From Cenarchaeum sp. (GTDB lineage: Archaea; Thermoproteota; Nitrososphaeria; Nitrososphaerales; Nitrosopumilaceae): a stretch of DNA of 64,000 bases. Below are positions 48,878 to 59,663 of this stretch, piece by piece. The first letter of the stretch is position 1. Every line of letters begins with the position of its first letter. The stretch covers positions 64,001-128,000 of the forward strand of contig OZ243037.1 in assembly GCA_965212015.1 (NCBI GenBank), read 5' to 3'. A model generated the notes under the pieces. That model was not told the origin of the DNA. It was given only the letters and a program-made list of their open reading frames with translations, and did no database searches. Position numbers and translations under genes: made by a program.

Positions 48878-49699
48878 ATGGGCCTGAATCTCTCCACAAG
48901 GCCGCTCAGTCACGAGGAACAAAAATTCTACCTGTATCTGGAGGGTGCAGGAATCAGCTCCTTCAAGGTCTCTGAAATCGACGAGAAGGAATCAGGGCTG
49001 AGCAGGGAGCATCTTTATGTGATAATCGGCAGGCTGGAAAAAAAGGGATGGATAACCGGGGTGGGAAAGGGAGTCTATCTGCGGCTTCCTGCCAGTACGG
49101 CCCTTGATGGGCGCGCATACCTTGAGGATCCCTTCGAGGTCGGCCTAAAGACGTATTCGGGATATCTTGCATTTCAGAGCGCGCTGAGGATACACGGATT
49201 GAGCGAGTACCAGTCGTTTACCGTTTTTGTTGCAACCAAAAACAAGTCAGAGACCCTACCGCTGCTTGATCACTATGAAATAAAGGCCGTAAAAATAGGG
49301 AAAAGGTTCACCGGCTTTGAGGAAAAAGGAAAATACAAGGTTTCAACAATGGCAAAGACGTTCTTTGACTGTTTTTGCCACCCGCAGTATGCGGGAGGCT
49401 ATTCTGAGATACTGAAATCACTGCACAGGACAAAAAACATGGATTGGACAGAGATGGAAAAACATCTAGCTGAGCTTGGCTCGTCTAGTCTGTGCCAAAA
49501 GATCGGCCATATGGTCTCGCTGCTTCAAAAAGAGACGCAATACGAGATTCCGGCGGGGTTTTTAGGATATCTAAAGGGCAGAATAAAAAACAAGACAAGG
49601 CTTGATTTTGCCGCATCCGGAGGGCAATATGTCCGAGACTGGATGGTAATTGACAATATAGGGGAGAGAAAGCTCCTGTCGTGGTGGTATGATGGTTGA
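48878..49699 (+). CDS. Type IV TA antitoxin, AbiEi family
   Basis: wHTH ...RLEKKGWI...KGVY, YLAFQSALRIHGL, KTFFDC...PQYAGG; overlaps the downstream nucleotidyltransferase gene. Confidence 0.88.
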   Translation: MGLNLSTRPLSHEEQKFYLYLEGAGISSFKVSEIDEKESGLSREHLYVIIGRLEKKGWITGVGKGVYLRLPASTALDGRAYLEDPFEVGLKTYSGYLAFQSALRIHGLSEYQSFTVFVATKNKSETLPLLDHYEIKAVKIGKRFTGFEEKGKYKVSTMAKTFFDCFCHPQYAGGYSEILKSLHRTKNMDWTEMEKHLAELGSSSLCQKIGHMVSLLQKETQYEIPAGFLGYLKGRIKNKTRLDFAASGGQYVRDWMVIDNIGERKLLSWWYDG

Positions 49700-50501
49700 A
49701 TTGCGGGAGGCAAGACAGGCAGCTGCAAGAACGGGAATTGGAATACAATATATTCTAAAAGAGGCAAGGGTATTTGATATTTGGAGCAAGATGTGTCCTG
49801 TCATGCTATCCGATGTAATATTGACAAATGCAAAAACAATATGCAAGGGCGGAACTTCATTGAACAAGATATATCTTGGTAAAATACAATGATTTTCAGA
49901 AGACATTGATTTTGATATATTTTTCAAAGATGATCGATCAAAGGATGAAAAGATCGATTTCATTAAAAATAAGATCATCGCACCTCTAAACAATTCCTAT
50001 GAAATACCAAAGGAATTCAAAAGAAGAAACACCATTCATTTTATGTGCAAGTTTAAAAATGAAATCAATATGGATGATAGCGTGTCTCTTGAATTCAAAA
50101 TTGGGGAAAAAATGACAGGTAGCAGTATAGTTACTAACGCAAGCAGTGCGATACTTCCATTAACCGTAGACAGAGTTCCTGCATATTCATTTCATACACT
50201 ACTTGCCCAAAAACTAAAGGCATTATATGAGCGAGATGAGGGAAAAGATATCTATGACATCTATGTTGGCCTTAATGCCACGAGGGAAATAAGCACGATA
50301 ATTGAGATTTTAAAAGACGTCCTAGCCTCGGCGAATATACGATATGACGATTTTAAAAAAGGAATTACAGAAAAACTTGAAGATGAGAAAAAAATGAAAA
50401 GCCTGCACGGTTCGACCAACCCGTATATTCCAAAGAATCTCAGGATAAATTGGGACATTGCTGCAAAAGGGATTTTAGACAAGATTGGGCCACATCTCTA
50501 G
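49689..50501 (+). pseudogene. AbiEii-family nucleotidyltransferase toxin with in-frame TGA at 49890-49892
   Basis: KGGTSLNKIY..Q*FSEDIDF...LAQKLKALYERDEGKDIYD in a single frame. Confidence 0.9.
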
Positions 50502-50751
50502 CTTGCCATACCTTTACAATTTGTATCACATCAGGATCCGCGCATATCTGTTTGTGCCTTTTCACACGTAATTTGCACCTATGCGAGGATCCTGATATCC
50601 TCCCAGATCATCATACGAGGGGGCAAATCGTTCATCCCGTGCGCTTTGGCCGTGACATTCGTGATAAATACGTCCACATTTTGCCGGTTTTTTAAGCGGC
50701 TGCCGGCCCGGCCTCCGACTCGATTAAATACGATATGCGCGTAATTCGGCC

Positions 50752-50991
50752 ATGTCGTCTGCGTACGTGCTTGTCAACTGCGAGCTTGGCTATGAGGAGG
50801 CAGTCATATCGCAGCTAAAGCTCATCGATGCGGTAAGGGAGGTGCACGGCACGTTCGGGGCGTATGACATTCTAGCCAAGGTAGAGGCCGACGAGATAAG
50901 CGTGCTGCGCGAGACCATTACCTGGAGGATCAGAAAGATAGGCAAAATCCGCTCCACCCTGACGCTGATGGGAATAGAGGGACAAGAGTAA
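50752..50991 (+). CDS. Lrp/AsnC ligand-binding domain protein
   Basis: AYVLVNC, GAYDILAKV, STLTL; 79 aa stand-alone domain. Confidence 0.92.
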   Translation: MSSAYVLVNCELGYEEAVISQLKLIDAVREVHGTFGAYDILAKVEADEISVLRETITWRIRKIGKIRSTLTLMGIEGQE

Positions 50992-51065
50992 CTGCCGGTG
51001 CGCGGTTTTAAAATTACACCAATAAATGACGCACAATTGACCTAGCACGTTCTAAATGCAATACC

Positions 51066-51629
51066 ATGAGTGTTGGCATGGACGTGCTGGCAATCGCAGA
51101 AGAGAACCTGCTAGTGACGCTGGGCGTCGCGCTGTCCATCGGGGCACTTCAGGGCGCAGTCTTGGGGAGGGGGATAAGAAAGAGGTTTCCGGCAATCAAG
51201 GCGCACGCAAGGGCAGCCTCGCTAATACTTTTGGCGCTGCTGGTACTTGCCATGGCAGCAAACATACTCCAGCTTGCCTCGCCAGAAAAGACTAGCCTGT
51301 CTGAGATAATTCTGCCTGACACGCTTGAGGGGGCCGCCTCGCTGCTGCTTGGCGTGCTGGGAATAGCAGGCCTTGGATCCGCAGTGGTGGTGTTCTGTTC
51401 GGTCACGCTGATTCTGCTGTTCCGCTCCGCGCAGATTCCGGGAATTGCGCGGTATTTCATATTCGGGATCGGCGTCATAACAATGTCGGTGTTTTTGCTG
51501 GCGCGCTTTACTGACTATGACCCGACTGACTTTCAGATAACGCTGTACGCCGCATACCAGTCCGGCGTGACTGCCGGGGTGTTTGCGGTGACTAGGAGAC
51601 GGGAGCGCATACTCTCCGAGCTGGAATAG
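51066..51629 (+). CDS. Multi-pass membrane protein
   Basis: 187 aa with about five hydrophobic segments. Confidence 0.78.
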   Translation: MSVGMDVLAIAEENLLVTLGVALSIGALQGAVLGRGIRKRFPAIKAHARAASLILLALLVLAMAANILQLASPEKTSLSEIILPDTLEGAASLLLGVLGIAGLGSAVVVFCSVTLILLFRSAQIPGIARYFIFGIGVITMSVFLLARFTDYDPTDFQITLYAAYQSGVTAGVFAVTRRRERILSELE

Positions 51630-51634
51630 GCGCG

Positions 51635-52534
51635 CTATCTCAGGATTTTTCTCAGGCCCGCGCACCTGTTCCTGATTGTCACCTCAGTGACGCCGGATGC
51701 GCGTGAAATCTCTTTTTGCGACTTTTGCTCCCCGTTGCTTATGCAGGCCAGGTACAGCGCGGCTGCGGCGATTCCCATGGGATCCTTTCCCGCAATGATG
51801 CCGAGCTTTTTTGCCTTGTCAAGAATGCCGACTGCCTTTCGCTTTGTCTTTTCGCTCAGCTTGGCGACGCTTGCTATCCGGGATACGCCCGTGACGGGAT
51901 CGACTACCGGTATCTTTAGATCCAGCTCCCTGAAGATCAGGCGGTAGCACCTTGCAACGTCCTTTTTGCTGATGTTCATCGCGCCTGCGACGTCGTCCAG
52001 GGTTCTTGGCGCACTGGCGTTCCTGCACGCGGCATACATGCATGCGGCCACGAGGCCGTATATCGATCTGCCGCGCGTCAGCTTTTTCTCGACGGACTTG
52101 CGGTACATGTATGCGGCATTCTCCACTATCGCGTCTGCAAGGGCGAGCTTGTCCTTTAGCTTTGCCATCTCGCTGAGGGCGTGGCGCAGGTTCTTGTCGA
52201 CAGACGAGTATGCCTGGGTCCTGCTGTCCCAAGTCCTTAGCCGCAGAATGGATGTCTTCATGTTTGCAGAAAGCGGCTTGCCAGAGGAATCCTTGTTTGC
52301 CGCACCGATGACAGTGGAGAGGCCCATGTCGTGCATCCTCAGCGACGTGCCGGCGCCGGTTCGGGCCCTGCCTGAGTCGTCGCCTGAAAACGAGCGCCAT
52401 TCGGCGCCGGTCTCTTCTAGCTTGTCGCTGGCAACAAAGCCGCAGACGGCGCAAAACACCTCGCCTGTGCTCTCGTCTGTTATCATTTTCTGCCTCCCGC
52501 CCGTGCATCTGTGGGCAGGCGCCGGTTGGTTCAT
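51635..52534 (-). CDS. tfb: Transcription initiation factor IIB paralogue
   Basis: Zn ribbon TGEVFCAVCG, EWRSF, HDMGLSTVIG, RGRS, GKDPMGIAAAALY, VTEVTIRNR. Confidence 0.95.
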   Translation of the reverse strand: MNQPAPAHRCTGGRQKMITDESTGEVFCAVCGFVASDKLEETGAEWRSFSGDDSGRARTGAGTSLRMHDMGLSTVIGAANKDSSGKPLSANMKTSILRLRTWDSRTQAYSSVDKNLRHALSEMAKLKDKLALADAIVENAAYMYRKSVEKKLTRGRSIYGLVAACMYAACRNASAPRTLDDVAGAMNISKKDVARCYRLIFRELDLKIPVVDPVTGVSRIASVAKLSEKTKRKAVGILDKAKKLGIIAGKDPMGIAAAALYLACISNGEQKSQKEISRASGVTEVTIRNRCAGLRKILR

Positions 52535-52705
52535 GCACTGCTGTGTGGCTCGGGTGTTATTAATTTTTGAGCACAGTCGTGGCCGAATCCCGCACAGGAC
52601 GCCTCCGGCTTTGCCCCGCAGGCGGGCCTGCCAAACCGGACGCCGGAAGGCGCCTGAATGCCGTGATCTGCAATGTACATAAGGCCGGCGCCGCAAGGTG
52701 CAGCA

Positions 52706-55192
52706 ATGAATGCCAGGCCCACAAACTATCTGCTAGAGTTCGAGCCGGATCTTGAGGGCTTTGTATTCCGGGGCAGGGAGACCATAACCATAACGTGCGA
52801 CAGGCCCACGTCCGTCCTGAGCCTGCATGCGGCGGAGCTGAGGATAACAAAGTCATCAGTCACAGTCGGCGGAAAAACACACACAGTCAAAACCGCACTT
52901 GATGCAAAGTCCGAAACACTGCGCGTGACGCTTGGAAGAAAGATCAGAGGCCGGATTCTGCTGCACCTAGAGTTTTCCGGAACACTAAACGACAGGCTGC
53001 TGGGGTTCTATCGCAGCAAGTACAGGTACAAAAACAAGACCAAGTACCTTGCCACGACGCAGTTCGAGGCCGCAGACGCGCGAAGGGCGTTTCCGTGCTG
53101 GGACGAGCCGGATGCCAAGGCCACCTTTGACATATCGGTAATCACTCGCGGCAGAAACACCGCGCTATCCAACATGCCGGCAGTGTCCAAAAAAAGGACG
53201 GCCGGCGGGACCCTTTACACGTTTGCAAGGACGCCGGTAATGTCCACGTATCTGGTCTATCTCGGAGTGGGCGAGTTTGAGTTTTTGCGCGGGCGGCGCG
53301 GCAAGATAACGGTCCGGGTCGTCACCACCAGGGGAAACAAGTCAAGGGGAAGGTATGCACTGGAGCTGGGCAAAAAGCTCATAGGCGAGTACGAGGACTA
53401 TTTCGGCATAAAATACCCGCTTCCAAAGCTGGACCTGATTGCGATACCGGACTTTGCCGCCGGCGCCATGGAGAACTGGGGGGCGATAACGTTCCGTGAG
53501 ACCATACTCTTGTATGATCCGCAGACGTCCTCCACCGGGACAAAGCAGCTCATAGCAGAGGTCATATCGCACGAGATTGCGCACCAGTGGTTTGGAAACC
53601 TGGTGACCATGAAGTGGTGGAACGACCTGTGGCTCAACGAGAGCTTTGCCACGTTTATGGCGACAAAGTTCGTAGACCGGTTTTATCCGGACTGGGACAT
53701 GTGGGATCAGTTCATCGAGGACGCCATGAACACGGCGATGAACCTTGATGCGTTAAAGTCGACGCACCCGATCGACGTCAATGTAAGGGAACCCTCGGAG
53801 ATCCGGGAGATCTTTGATGCCATCTCGTACGACAAGGGCGGATGCATACTGCGGATGCTTGAGAACTTTGTGACAGAGGCCGGCTTTAAGAGGGGCCTCA
53901 GGCGGTATCTCAAAAAATTCAAGTACAAAAACGCTAGGGGGGCGGATTTGTGGGACGCCATCGGCCGCGTAGCCGGCCTTGATGTAAAGTCAATTATTGA
54001 CACGTGGATAGGGCAGGCGGGCTATCCCGTACTGGAGGCAAAAAGGCGCGGCTCCCGGCTAAAGCTCGAGCAGAGGCGATTTTTCTCAGAGCAGACAGGA
54101 ACTATTCCAAGACAGAGGTGGTCAATACCCGTCTCTGTACGGTCCGGTGGCACGCGCCACAAAAAGCTCCTGACGGGACGCGCCGGCACGATGCCGCTTG
54201 GGGGCCGAGACTATACCGTGAATGACGGCAGGCACGGGTTTTACCGGGTAAAGTACGACAGGGACGCGCTCTTGGATCTAAAGTATGCGGTGAGGAGAAA
54301 GACCATGCCGCACGCAGACAGGTGGGCAGTACAAAACGACCTGTATGCCCTGTGCATTGCCGGAGAGGAGTCACTGCGCAGGTATCTTGATTTTTCAGAG
54401 GCGTACGCAGGCGAGACGAACTATCTTGTGAGCACGAACGTGGCTCGCAACCTGCACTCGCTGCAGTTTCGGACGCACGGCGAGCCGTATGCCGGTGAGA
54501 TAGGGGATCGCACGCGCCGGCATTTTGAGGGGATCTTTGGGAGGCTTGGATGGGACGCGCAAAGAGGCGAGAGGCACACCGATGCGCTGCTGCGCGGCTT
54601 TGCGATAACCGTGCTGGGCAAGCTCGGCGATTCGGCCGTCATTGCAGAGGCCGAGTCCAGGTTCAAGGAATTCCTAAAGAACCCCGGCTCGCTGTCTGCG
54701 GATCTCAGGGAGTCCGTGTACGGCCTTGTCGCATGGAACGGCGGCGCAAGGACGCACGCAAGGCTGGTCTCGCTGTACCGGAATGCCGACAGCCAGGAGG
54801 AAAAGATGCGCCTCCTTGGCGCGCTGTGCTCGTTTAAGGACGAAAAGCTGCTGCTAAGGACGCTTGAGTTTTCGCAGACCGACGAGGTGCGCTCGCAAAA
54901 CATGCAGCTGCCAATAATGCGTATTGCCGCAAATCCGTACGGCAGAAAAATCCTCTGGCCGTGGCTCAAAAGGAACTGGAAAAAAATCGGAAAAAAAATT
55001 GGCCACGGAAACCCGCTGCTCAACAGGATAGTGGCAAGCCTGTCGCTGGTGGCAGACCGTAACATGGAAGGACAGATAAGGCGGTTTTTTTCAGACAATC
55101 CCGCCCCGGGAACCGAGCGTACGCTGGAGCAGACGCTAGAGAGGGTCAGGATAAACGGCGACTTTCTTGACAGGGCAAGAAGGGAGTTTTAA
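52706..55192 (+). CDS. M1 family aminopeptidase with ERAP1-like C-terminal domain
   Basis: TQFEAADARRAFPCWDEP, GAMENWG, HEIAH...WLNE, YDKGG. Confidence 0.96.
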   Translation: MNARPTNYLLEFEPDLEGFVFRGRETITITCDRPTSVLSLHAAELRITKSSVTVGGKTHTVKTALDAKSETLRVTLGRKIRGRILLHLEFSGTLNDRLLGFYRSKYRYKNKTKYLATTQFEAADARRAFPCWDEPDAKATFDISVITRGRNTALSNMPAVSKKRTAGGTLYTFARTPVMSTYLVYLGVGEFEFLRGRRGKITVRVVTTRGNKSRGRYALELGKKLIGEYEDYFGIKYPLPKLDLIAIPDFAAGAMENWGAITFRETILLYDPQTSSTGTKQLIAEVISHEIAHQWFGNLVTMKWWNDLWLNESFATFMATKFVDRFYPDWDMWDQFIEDAMNTAMNLDALKSTHPIDVNVREPSEIREIFDAISYDKGGCILRMLENFVTEAGFKRGLRRYLKKFKYKNARGADLWDAIGRVAGLDVKSIIDTWIGQAGYPVLEAKRRGSRLKLEQRRFFSEQTGTIPRQRWSIPVSVRSGGTRHKKLLTGRAGTMPLGGRDYTVNDGRHGFYRVKYDRDALLDLKYAVRRKTMPHADRWAVQNDLYALCIAGEESLRRYLDFSEAYAGETNYLVSTNVARNLHSLQFRTHGEPYAGEIGDRTRRHFEGIFGRLGWDAQRGERHTDALLRGFAITVLGKLGDSAVIAEAESRFKEFLKNPGSLSADLRESVYGLVAWNGGARTHARLVSLYRNADSQEEKMRLLGALCSFKDEKLLLRTLEFSQTDEVRSQNMQLPIMRIAANPYGRKILWPWLKRNWKKIGKKIGHGNPLLNRIVASLSLVADRNMEGQIRRFFSDNPAPGTERTLEQTLERVRINGDFLDRARREF

Positions 55193-55194
55193 TA

Positions 55195-55599
55195 TTGGAC
55201 AAGAGAATAGTTGCGGTGGCTGTGATAGCGGCAGCTGCGGCAGTACTGCTGCTGGCAAGCCCCGCCTCCATGCACGACGAGCTGTCCGAGACGTTTACAA
55301 TAAAGGGAACATTCCACGAGTCAAGGGGCCAAGTCGAGATTTACTATGAGGATGCATCACAGGAGACCAAAAGCGCGGTGCTCGAGGTGCTCGGAATGGG
55401 CGAGTCATTTCAGAGAGTCTATAATGCGAGCCGGTTTACAGAGACGGTACGGTTTGAGGCAGTTCCGGAATACGGATGGAAGGTAAACCCGATAACCCTG
55501 GTAATAGAGCACGGAAAATACGGCACCATAAACGCAAAGACAGAAATTCACTCCCCCGGCGAGCAGGTCCCGCCGGTAATCTTTGGCATTGCCAGATAG
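55195..55599 (+). CDS. Secreted/membrane-anchored hypothetical protein
   Basis: N-terminal hydrophobic segment; directly follows the aminopeptidase. Confidence 0.75.
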   Translation: MDKRIVAVAVIAAAAAVLLLASPASMHDELSETFTIKGTFHESRGQVEIYYEDASQETKSAVLEVLGMGESFQRVYNASRFTETVRFEAVPEYGWKVNPITLVIEHGKYGTINAKTEIHSPGEQVPPVIFGIAR

Positions 55600-55699
55600 C
55601 CGCCCGCCGGGCCGCCAAAAAAAATGCCCGGGACGCATCGTATGGAATCTTGGACAGCTCAGAGATCATGTGAACATAGACCGGGCAGGATCCGATGCG

Positions 55700-55960
55700 G
55701 GCGATCTATAACTACCGACATTGTCAGGTATTCGGATGCGGAAAAGGCGACACTTGATTTTATCTGTGTGTGGCAGTACAGCAGCGTTCTGCCAGAAAAG
55801 ATACTGATGGACGTATCTGGGTGGTCTGAGAAGGCCTCAAGGACGAAGATCAGGCGTTATTTGACAAGATATCCAAAGTCGGTGGGAAGAATGGTGGAGA
55901 GGATGTACAAGTGAGAAAAGCTGTAATGGATGAGATATCAAGTGTATGCTCATCAAGATC
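55700..55960 (+). pseudogene. Remnant of a second type IV TA locus (antitoxin C-terminus, possible start of partner gene)
   Basis: RYSDAEKATLDF...KIRRYLTRYPKSV resembles AbiEi-like C-termini; GTGA overlap into a truncated ORF. Confidence 0.45.
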
Positions 55961-56774
55961 CAGTGGGCCATGGCATTATTGGGATTTCTGCCATACGTGA
56001 TCTTGCACAGGACCACGCCATGTCATCGTTCCGGATGTGTCTGTCTGCCTCAATTATAGATATTCTGTACTTGAGATCTTTGTTTTATGTATGGAACTAT
56101 TTGTTTTCCACACTGTGCTTTAGGCTTACACAAGATGCGCGTGTTTGTCTTGATCCTGACATTTCTTCTCAATACGTGCACATTTGTCGTGATGATACTT
56201 GGGACTCTAAGGCACGATTACTGCCCGTCGATCTGATCAGAAAAGATATCGATTAAAATATCAGACTAGATATAATTTCAGAAACCTAATGGATATTCTA
56301 GCGAACAATATCCTTTAATTGTGAATTAATTTGCCAAGCTTCGACATTTGTAACGTCCATCAGAGTATGTACAGCCGAAATTCCTCCCGCCAGATGCTTT
56401 ATGATGACTATTCCACCATATTCATTTTATTATGATAATACCACAGTTGCTTATATAATCATGTGGTTTTATCATAATAAAATAGAGCAATATTATACAA
56501 TCTTTGGACACGAATTGGCATCGCCCACCAATTCCTCTTTCTGACGCCACGCACGTCACATTATGAGGCATACCATCTTGACTATTGCCAGCCGGCAATA
56601 TTTGCGGGCCGGCTCCTTTTCACGCCATGACCCTTGTGGCGGATTCCCATGCAGCGTCTGGCCATGCATCCAAAATCGCCCTGCCGAACCATGAAAAGAC
56701 CCGTGCCCGGCCGGTGCCTGCCGTGCGGCCATGCAAGATACAAGATTTTATTGTAGGAAAAACCACCCTACACA

Positions 56775-57692
56775 TTGACACTCCTTTCTGAGCTGAAAAA
56801 GGGCAGGCGCGGTGCCATAGCAAGGGCCATCTCGATAATAGAAAATAATCCCGCCGAGACCCGAAAGATACTCCGGACCGTCTTTGGGGGCTCTGGCCGG
56901 GCCGTCATAATAGGCATCACCGGCCCCGCCGGTGCAGGCAAGAGCTCCCTTATCAACAAGGCCGTAGTGGAGCTAAAAAAACTGGGCACAAGGCCGGCCG
57001 TGCTTGCAATTGATCCGACCAGCCACGTGACTGGCGGCGCGATACTTGGCGACAGGGTAAGGATGACAGAGTCGACTGACTCGGGGACGTACATCCGCAG
57101 CGTCGCCTCCCGGGGGGCCACCGGGGCCGTGTCGAGATCAATACGAAACACCACAAGGGTGCTGGAATACGCCGGCTTTGATCCGATAATAATCGAGAGC
57201 GTCGGCGCGGGGCAGACAGAAGTCGCAATATCGGACATTGCAGATGTAACCGTGGTGGTATTCAACCCGCACACCGGAGACGGCATCCAGGCAATAAAGG
57301 CCGGACTGACTGAGATTGGCGACATGTATGTGATCAACAAGAGCGACCTGGACGGTGCAGCACAGCTGTTCGACGTGGTGCAGGAATTCATCGGAACGTC
57401 GGGCAAAAAACCGGCAGTCCTCAGGACGTCGGCGAGAAAGAACACGGGGATAAAGGCGTTTGCAAAAAAACTCGTCGAGCTCGCAAAGCTAAAGGCCGGC
57501 GGCAAAAAGGACGCCGAGGACTCGCGCCTCGAGTCGGAGCTGAGGGGAATCATACTTGAAAACATGAAGGACAGAGTTGACGCCGTGCTGGAATCCAGCA
57601 AGTCGTATTCGCGCAACCTCAAAAAGATGCAGGCAGGCAAGATGGATCCCTACGAGGCCGCACAAGCAATCACAAAGAGCCTGGTGATCTAG
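56775..57692 (+). CDS. meaB: Methylmalonyl-CoA mutase-associated GTPase
   Basis: GITGPAGAGKSS, AIDPTS, GGAILGDRVRM, ESVGAGQ, INKSD. Confidence 0.95.
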   Translation: MTLLSELKKGRRGAIARAISIIENNPAETRKILRTVFGGSGRAVIIGITGPAGAGKSSLINKAVVELKKLGTRPAVLAIDPTSHVTGGAILGDRVRMTESTDSGTYIRSVASRGATGAVSRSIRNTTRVLEYAGFDPIIIESVGAGQTEVAISDIADVTVVVFNPHTGDGIQAIKAGLTEIGDMYVINKSDLDGAAQLFDVVQEFIGTSGKKPAVLRTSARKNTGIKAFAKKLVELAKLKAGGKKDAEDSRLESELRGIILENMKDRVDAVLESSKSYSRNLKKMQAGKMDPYEAAQAITKSLVI

Positions 57693-59267
57693 ATGGCGGG
57701 GGCAAAAAAAGAAATCGTCACCGACTCCAACATTGCAGTAAGGCGGTTCTACCAGAAACCGCCGGGCAAAAAAGAAGAGCCGGGCAAGTATCCGTACACC
57801 AGGGGAATTCACGCCGGGATGTACCGCGAGCGCCTCTGGACGATGCGGCAGTACTCCGGCTTTGGCGACGCAAAGCTGACAAACAGGCGCTTCAAGTTCA
57901 TGCTGGAAAAGGGCCAGACCGGCCTTAGCATGGCCTTTGATCTTCCGACACAGATTGGCCACGACCCCGACGCCCCACAGGCCGAGGGCGAGGTGGGCAA
58001 GGTAGGCGTTTCCATTGCGTCAGTCCAGGACATGATGACTGCCTTTGAGGGCATTCCGCTTGGCACGGTGAGCAGCTCGATGACCATAAACTCTACTGCG
58101 TCGACTCTTTTGGCATACTATATAGCGGTGGGCAAGTCGCAGGGATTCTCAAGTAAGCAGCTGCGCGGAACCACGCAAAACGACATACTAAAGGAGTACA
58201 TTGCAAGAAACACGTACATCTATCCCCCGCGCCCCTCGATGAGGCTAGTCGGCGACATGATAGGGTACTGCGCAAGGCACGTCCCGCAGTGGTATCCTGT
58301 CTCGATATCCGGATACCACATGCGCGAGGCAGGCTCCACTGCCACGCAGGAGGTGGCCTTTACCATTGCAAATGCGATCGCCTACATACAGACGTGCCTG
58401 GACCAGGGCCTAAAGATAGACGACTTTGCGCCAAGGCTGTCGTTCTTTTTTTGCTGCACGATCGAGTTCTTTGAGGAGGCCGCAAAGTTCAGGGTGGCAA
58501 GAAGGGTGTATGCGAAAATACTCAAGGAAATGTTCCACGCCAAAAACCCAAAGTCCATGCAGTTAAAGTTCCACACGCAGACTAGCGGCGAGTCCCTTAC
58601 TGCGCAGCAGCCTGACAACAACATTGCCCGTGTGGCCATCCAGTCGATGGCAGCCGTGCTGGGCGGGACGCAGTCGCTTCACACAAACTCGCGTGATGAG
58701 GCCCTCGCGCTGCCCACGCAGGAATCCGCAAAGATTGCGCTCAGAACGCAGCAGATCGTGGCGCACGAAAGCGGCATAACAAAGACAGTCGACCCGCTTG
58801 CGGGCTCGCATTACGTGGAGTATCTGTGCGACGAGATAGAAGACGGCGTGTGGAAGTATCTTACAAAGATTGAAAAGATGGGCGGATCCATCCGGGCCAT
58901 AGAAAAGGGCTTTTTCCAGTCCGAGATAAGGCAGAACGCCTATAGGCTGAAAAAGGAGGCCGACGACGGCCAGAGAATCCTGGTGGGCGTAAACAAGTTT
59001 GCAGAGAAAAATGAAAAGCGCCCGGAGCTGCTGCGAATCGACGGCAGGATAGAGGCGCAGCAAAACAGGGCGCTCAAAAAGCTCAGGGCGTCGCGCGACA
59101 AAAAGAAACACGCAGACGCGCTATCCCGATTACAGTCGGCAGCAGAGACGCAGGAGAACCTGATGCCGCCAATACTCGATGCGGTGATGGCGCGCGCCAC
59201 CACAGGCGAGATTAGCAACGCGCTGAGGGACGTCTTTGGCCAGTACAGCCCGAAGGAGGTGTTCTAG
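57693..59267 (+). CDS. Methylmalonyl-CoA mutase, substrate-binding subunit
   Basis: YPYTRG, WTMRQY, AFDLPTQ, QNDILKE, ISGYHMRE, QSLHTNS. Confidence 0.96.
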   Translation: MAGAKKEIVTDSNIAVRRFYQKPPGKKEEPGKYPYTRGIHAGMYRERLWTMRQYSGFGDAKLTNRRFKFMLEKGQTGLSMAFDLPTQIGHDPDAPQAEGEVGKVGVSIASVQDMMTAFEGIPLGTVSSSMTINSTASTLLAYYIAVGKSQGFSSKQLRGTTQNDILKEYIARNTYIYPPRPSMRLVGDMIGYCARHVPQWYPVSISGYHMREAGSTATQEVAFTIANAIAYIQTCLDQGLKIDDFAPRLSFFFCCTIEFFEEAAKFRVARRVYAKILKEMFHAKNPKSMQLKFHTQTSGESLTAQQPDNNIARVAIQSMAAVLGGTQSLHTNSRDEALALPTQESAKIALRTQQIVAHESGITKTVDPLAGSHYVEYLCDEIEDGVWKYLTKIEKMGGSIRAIEKGFFQSEIRQNAYRLKKEADDGQRILVGVNKFAEKNEKRPELLRIDGRIEAQQNRALKKLRASRDKKKHADALSRLQSAAETQENLMPPILDAVMARATTGEISNALRDVFGQYSPKEVF

Positions 59268-59663
59268 GTGAGAATCGACCACGTTGCAATCGCCGTGCGC
59301 GACGTAGAGTCTGCCGCAAAAAGATACCAGCAGGCCCTCGGAGTAGAACGCATAGAGTACGAGGATATAGAGTCAGAGGGCGTAAGGGTGGCCATACTGC
59401 GCCTTGAGAACTGCCGGATAGAGCTCATACAGCCCACAGACGCAGGCGGACCCATAGCTAGGTTCCTTGAGAAAAAAGGCGAGGGACTCCACCACATGGC
59501 GCTAGAGACTGACGACATCGAGGGGGAGGTGGCGCGCATGGAGGGCTGCGGAATACAGTTCCTCGGCAGGGTACGCCCCGGCTCTGAGGGAACAAGGATC
59601 ACGTTTGTGCACCCAAAGTCGTTGCACGGCGTCCTGACTGAGCTGTGCTCGCACCCGAAATGA
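59268..59663 (+). CDS. mce: Methylmalonyl-CoA epimerase
   Basis: IDHVAIAV, IELIQP, GEGLHH, FVHPK...GVLTEL. Confidence 0.95.
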   Translation: MRIDHVAIAVRDVESAAKRYQQALGVERIEYEDIESEGVRVAILRLENCRIELIQPTDAGGPIARFLEKKGEGLHHMALETDDIEGEVARMEGCGIQFLGRVRPGSEGTRITFVHPKSLHGVLTELCSHPK

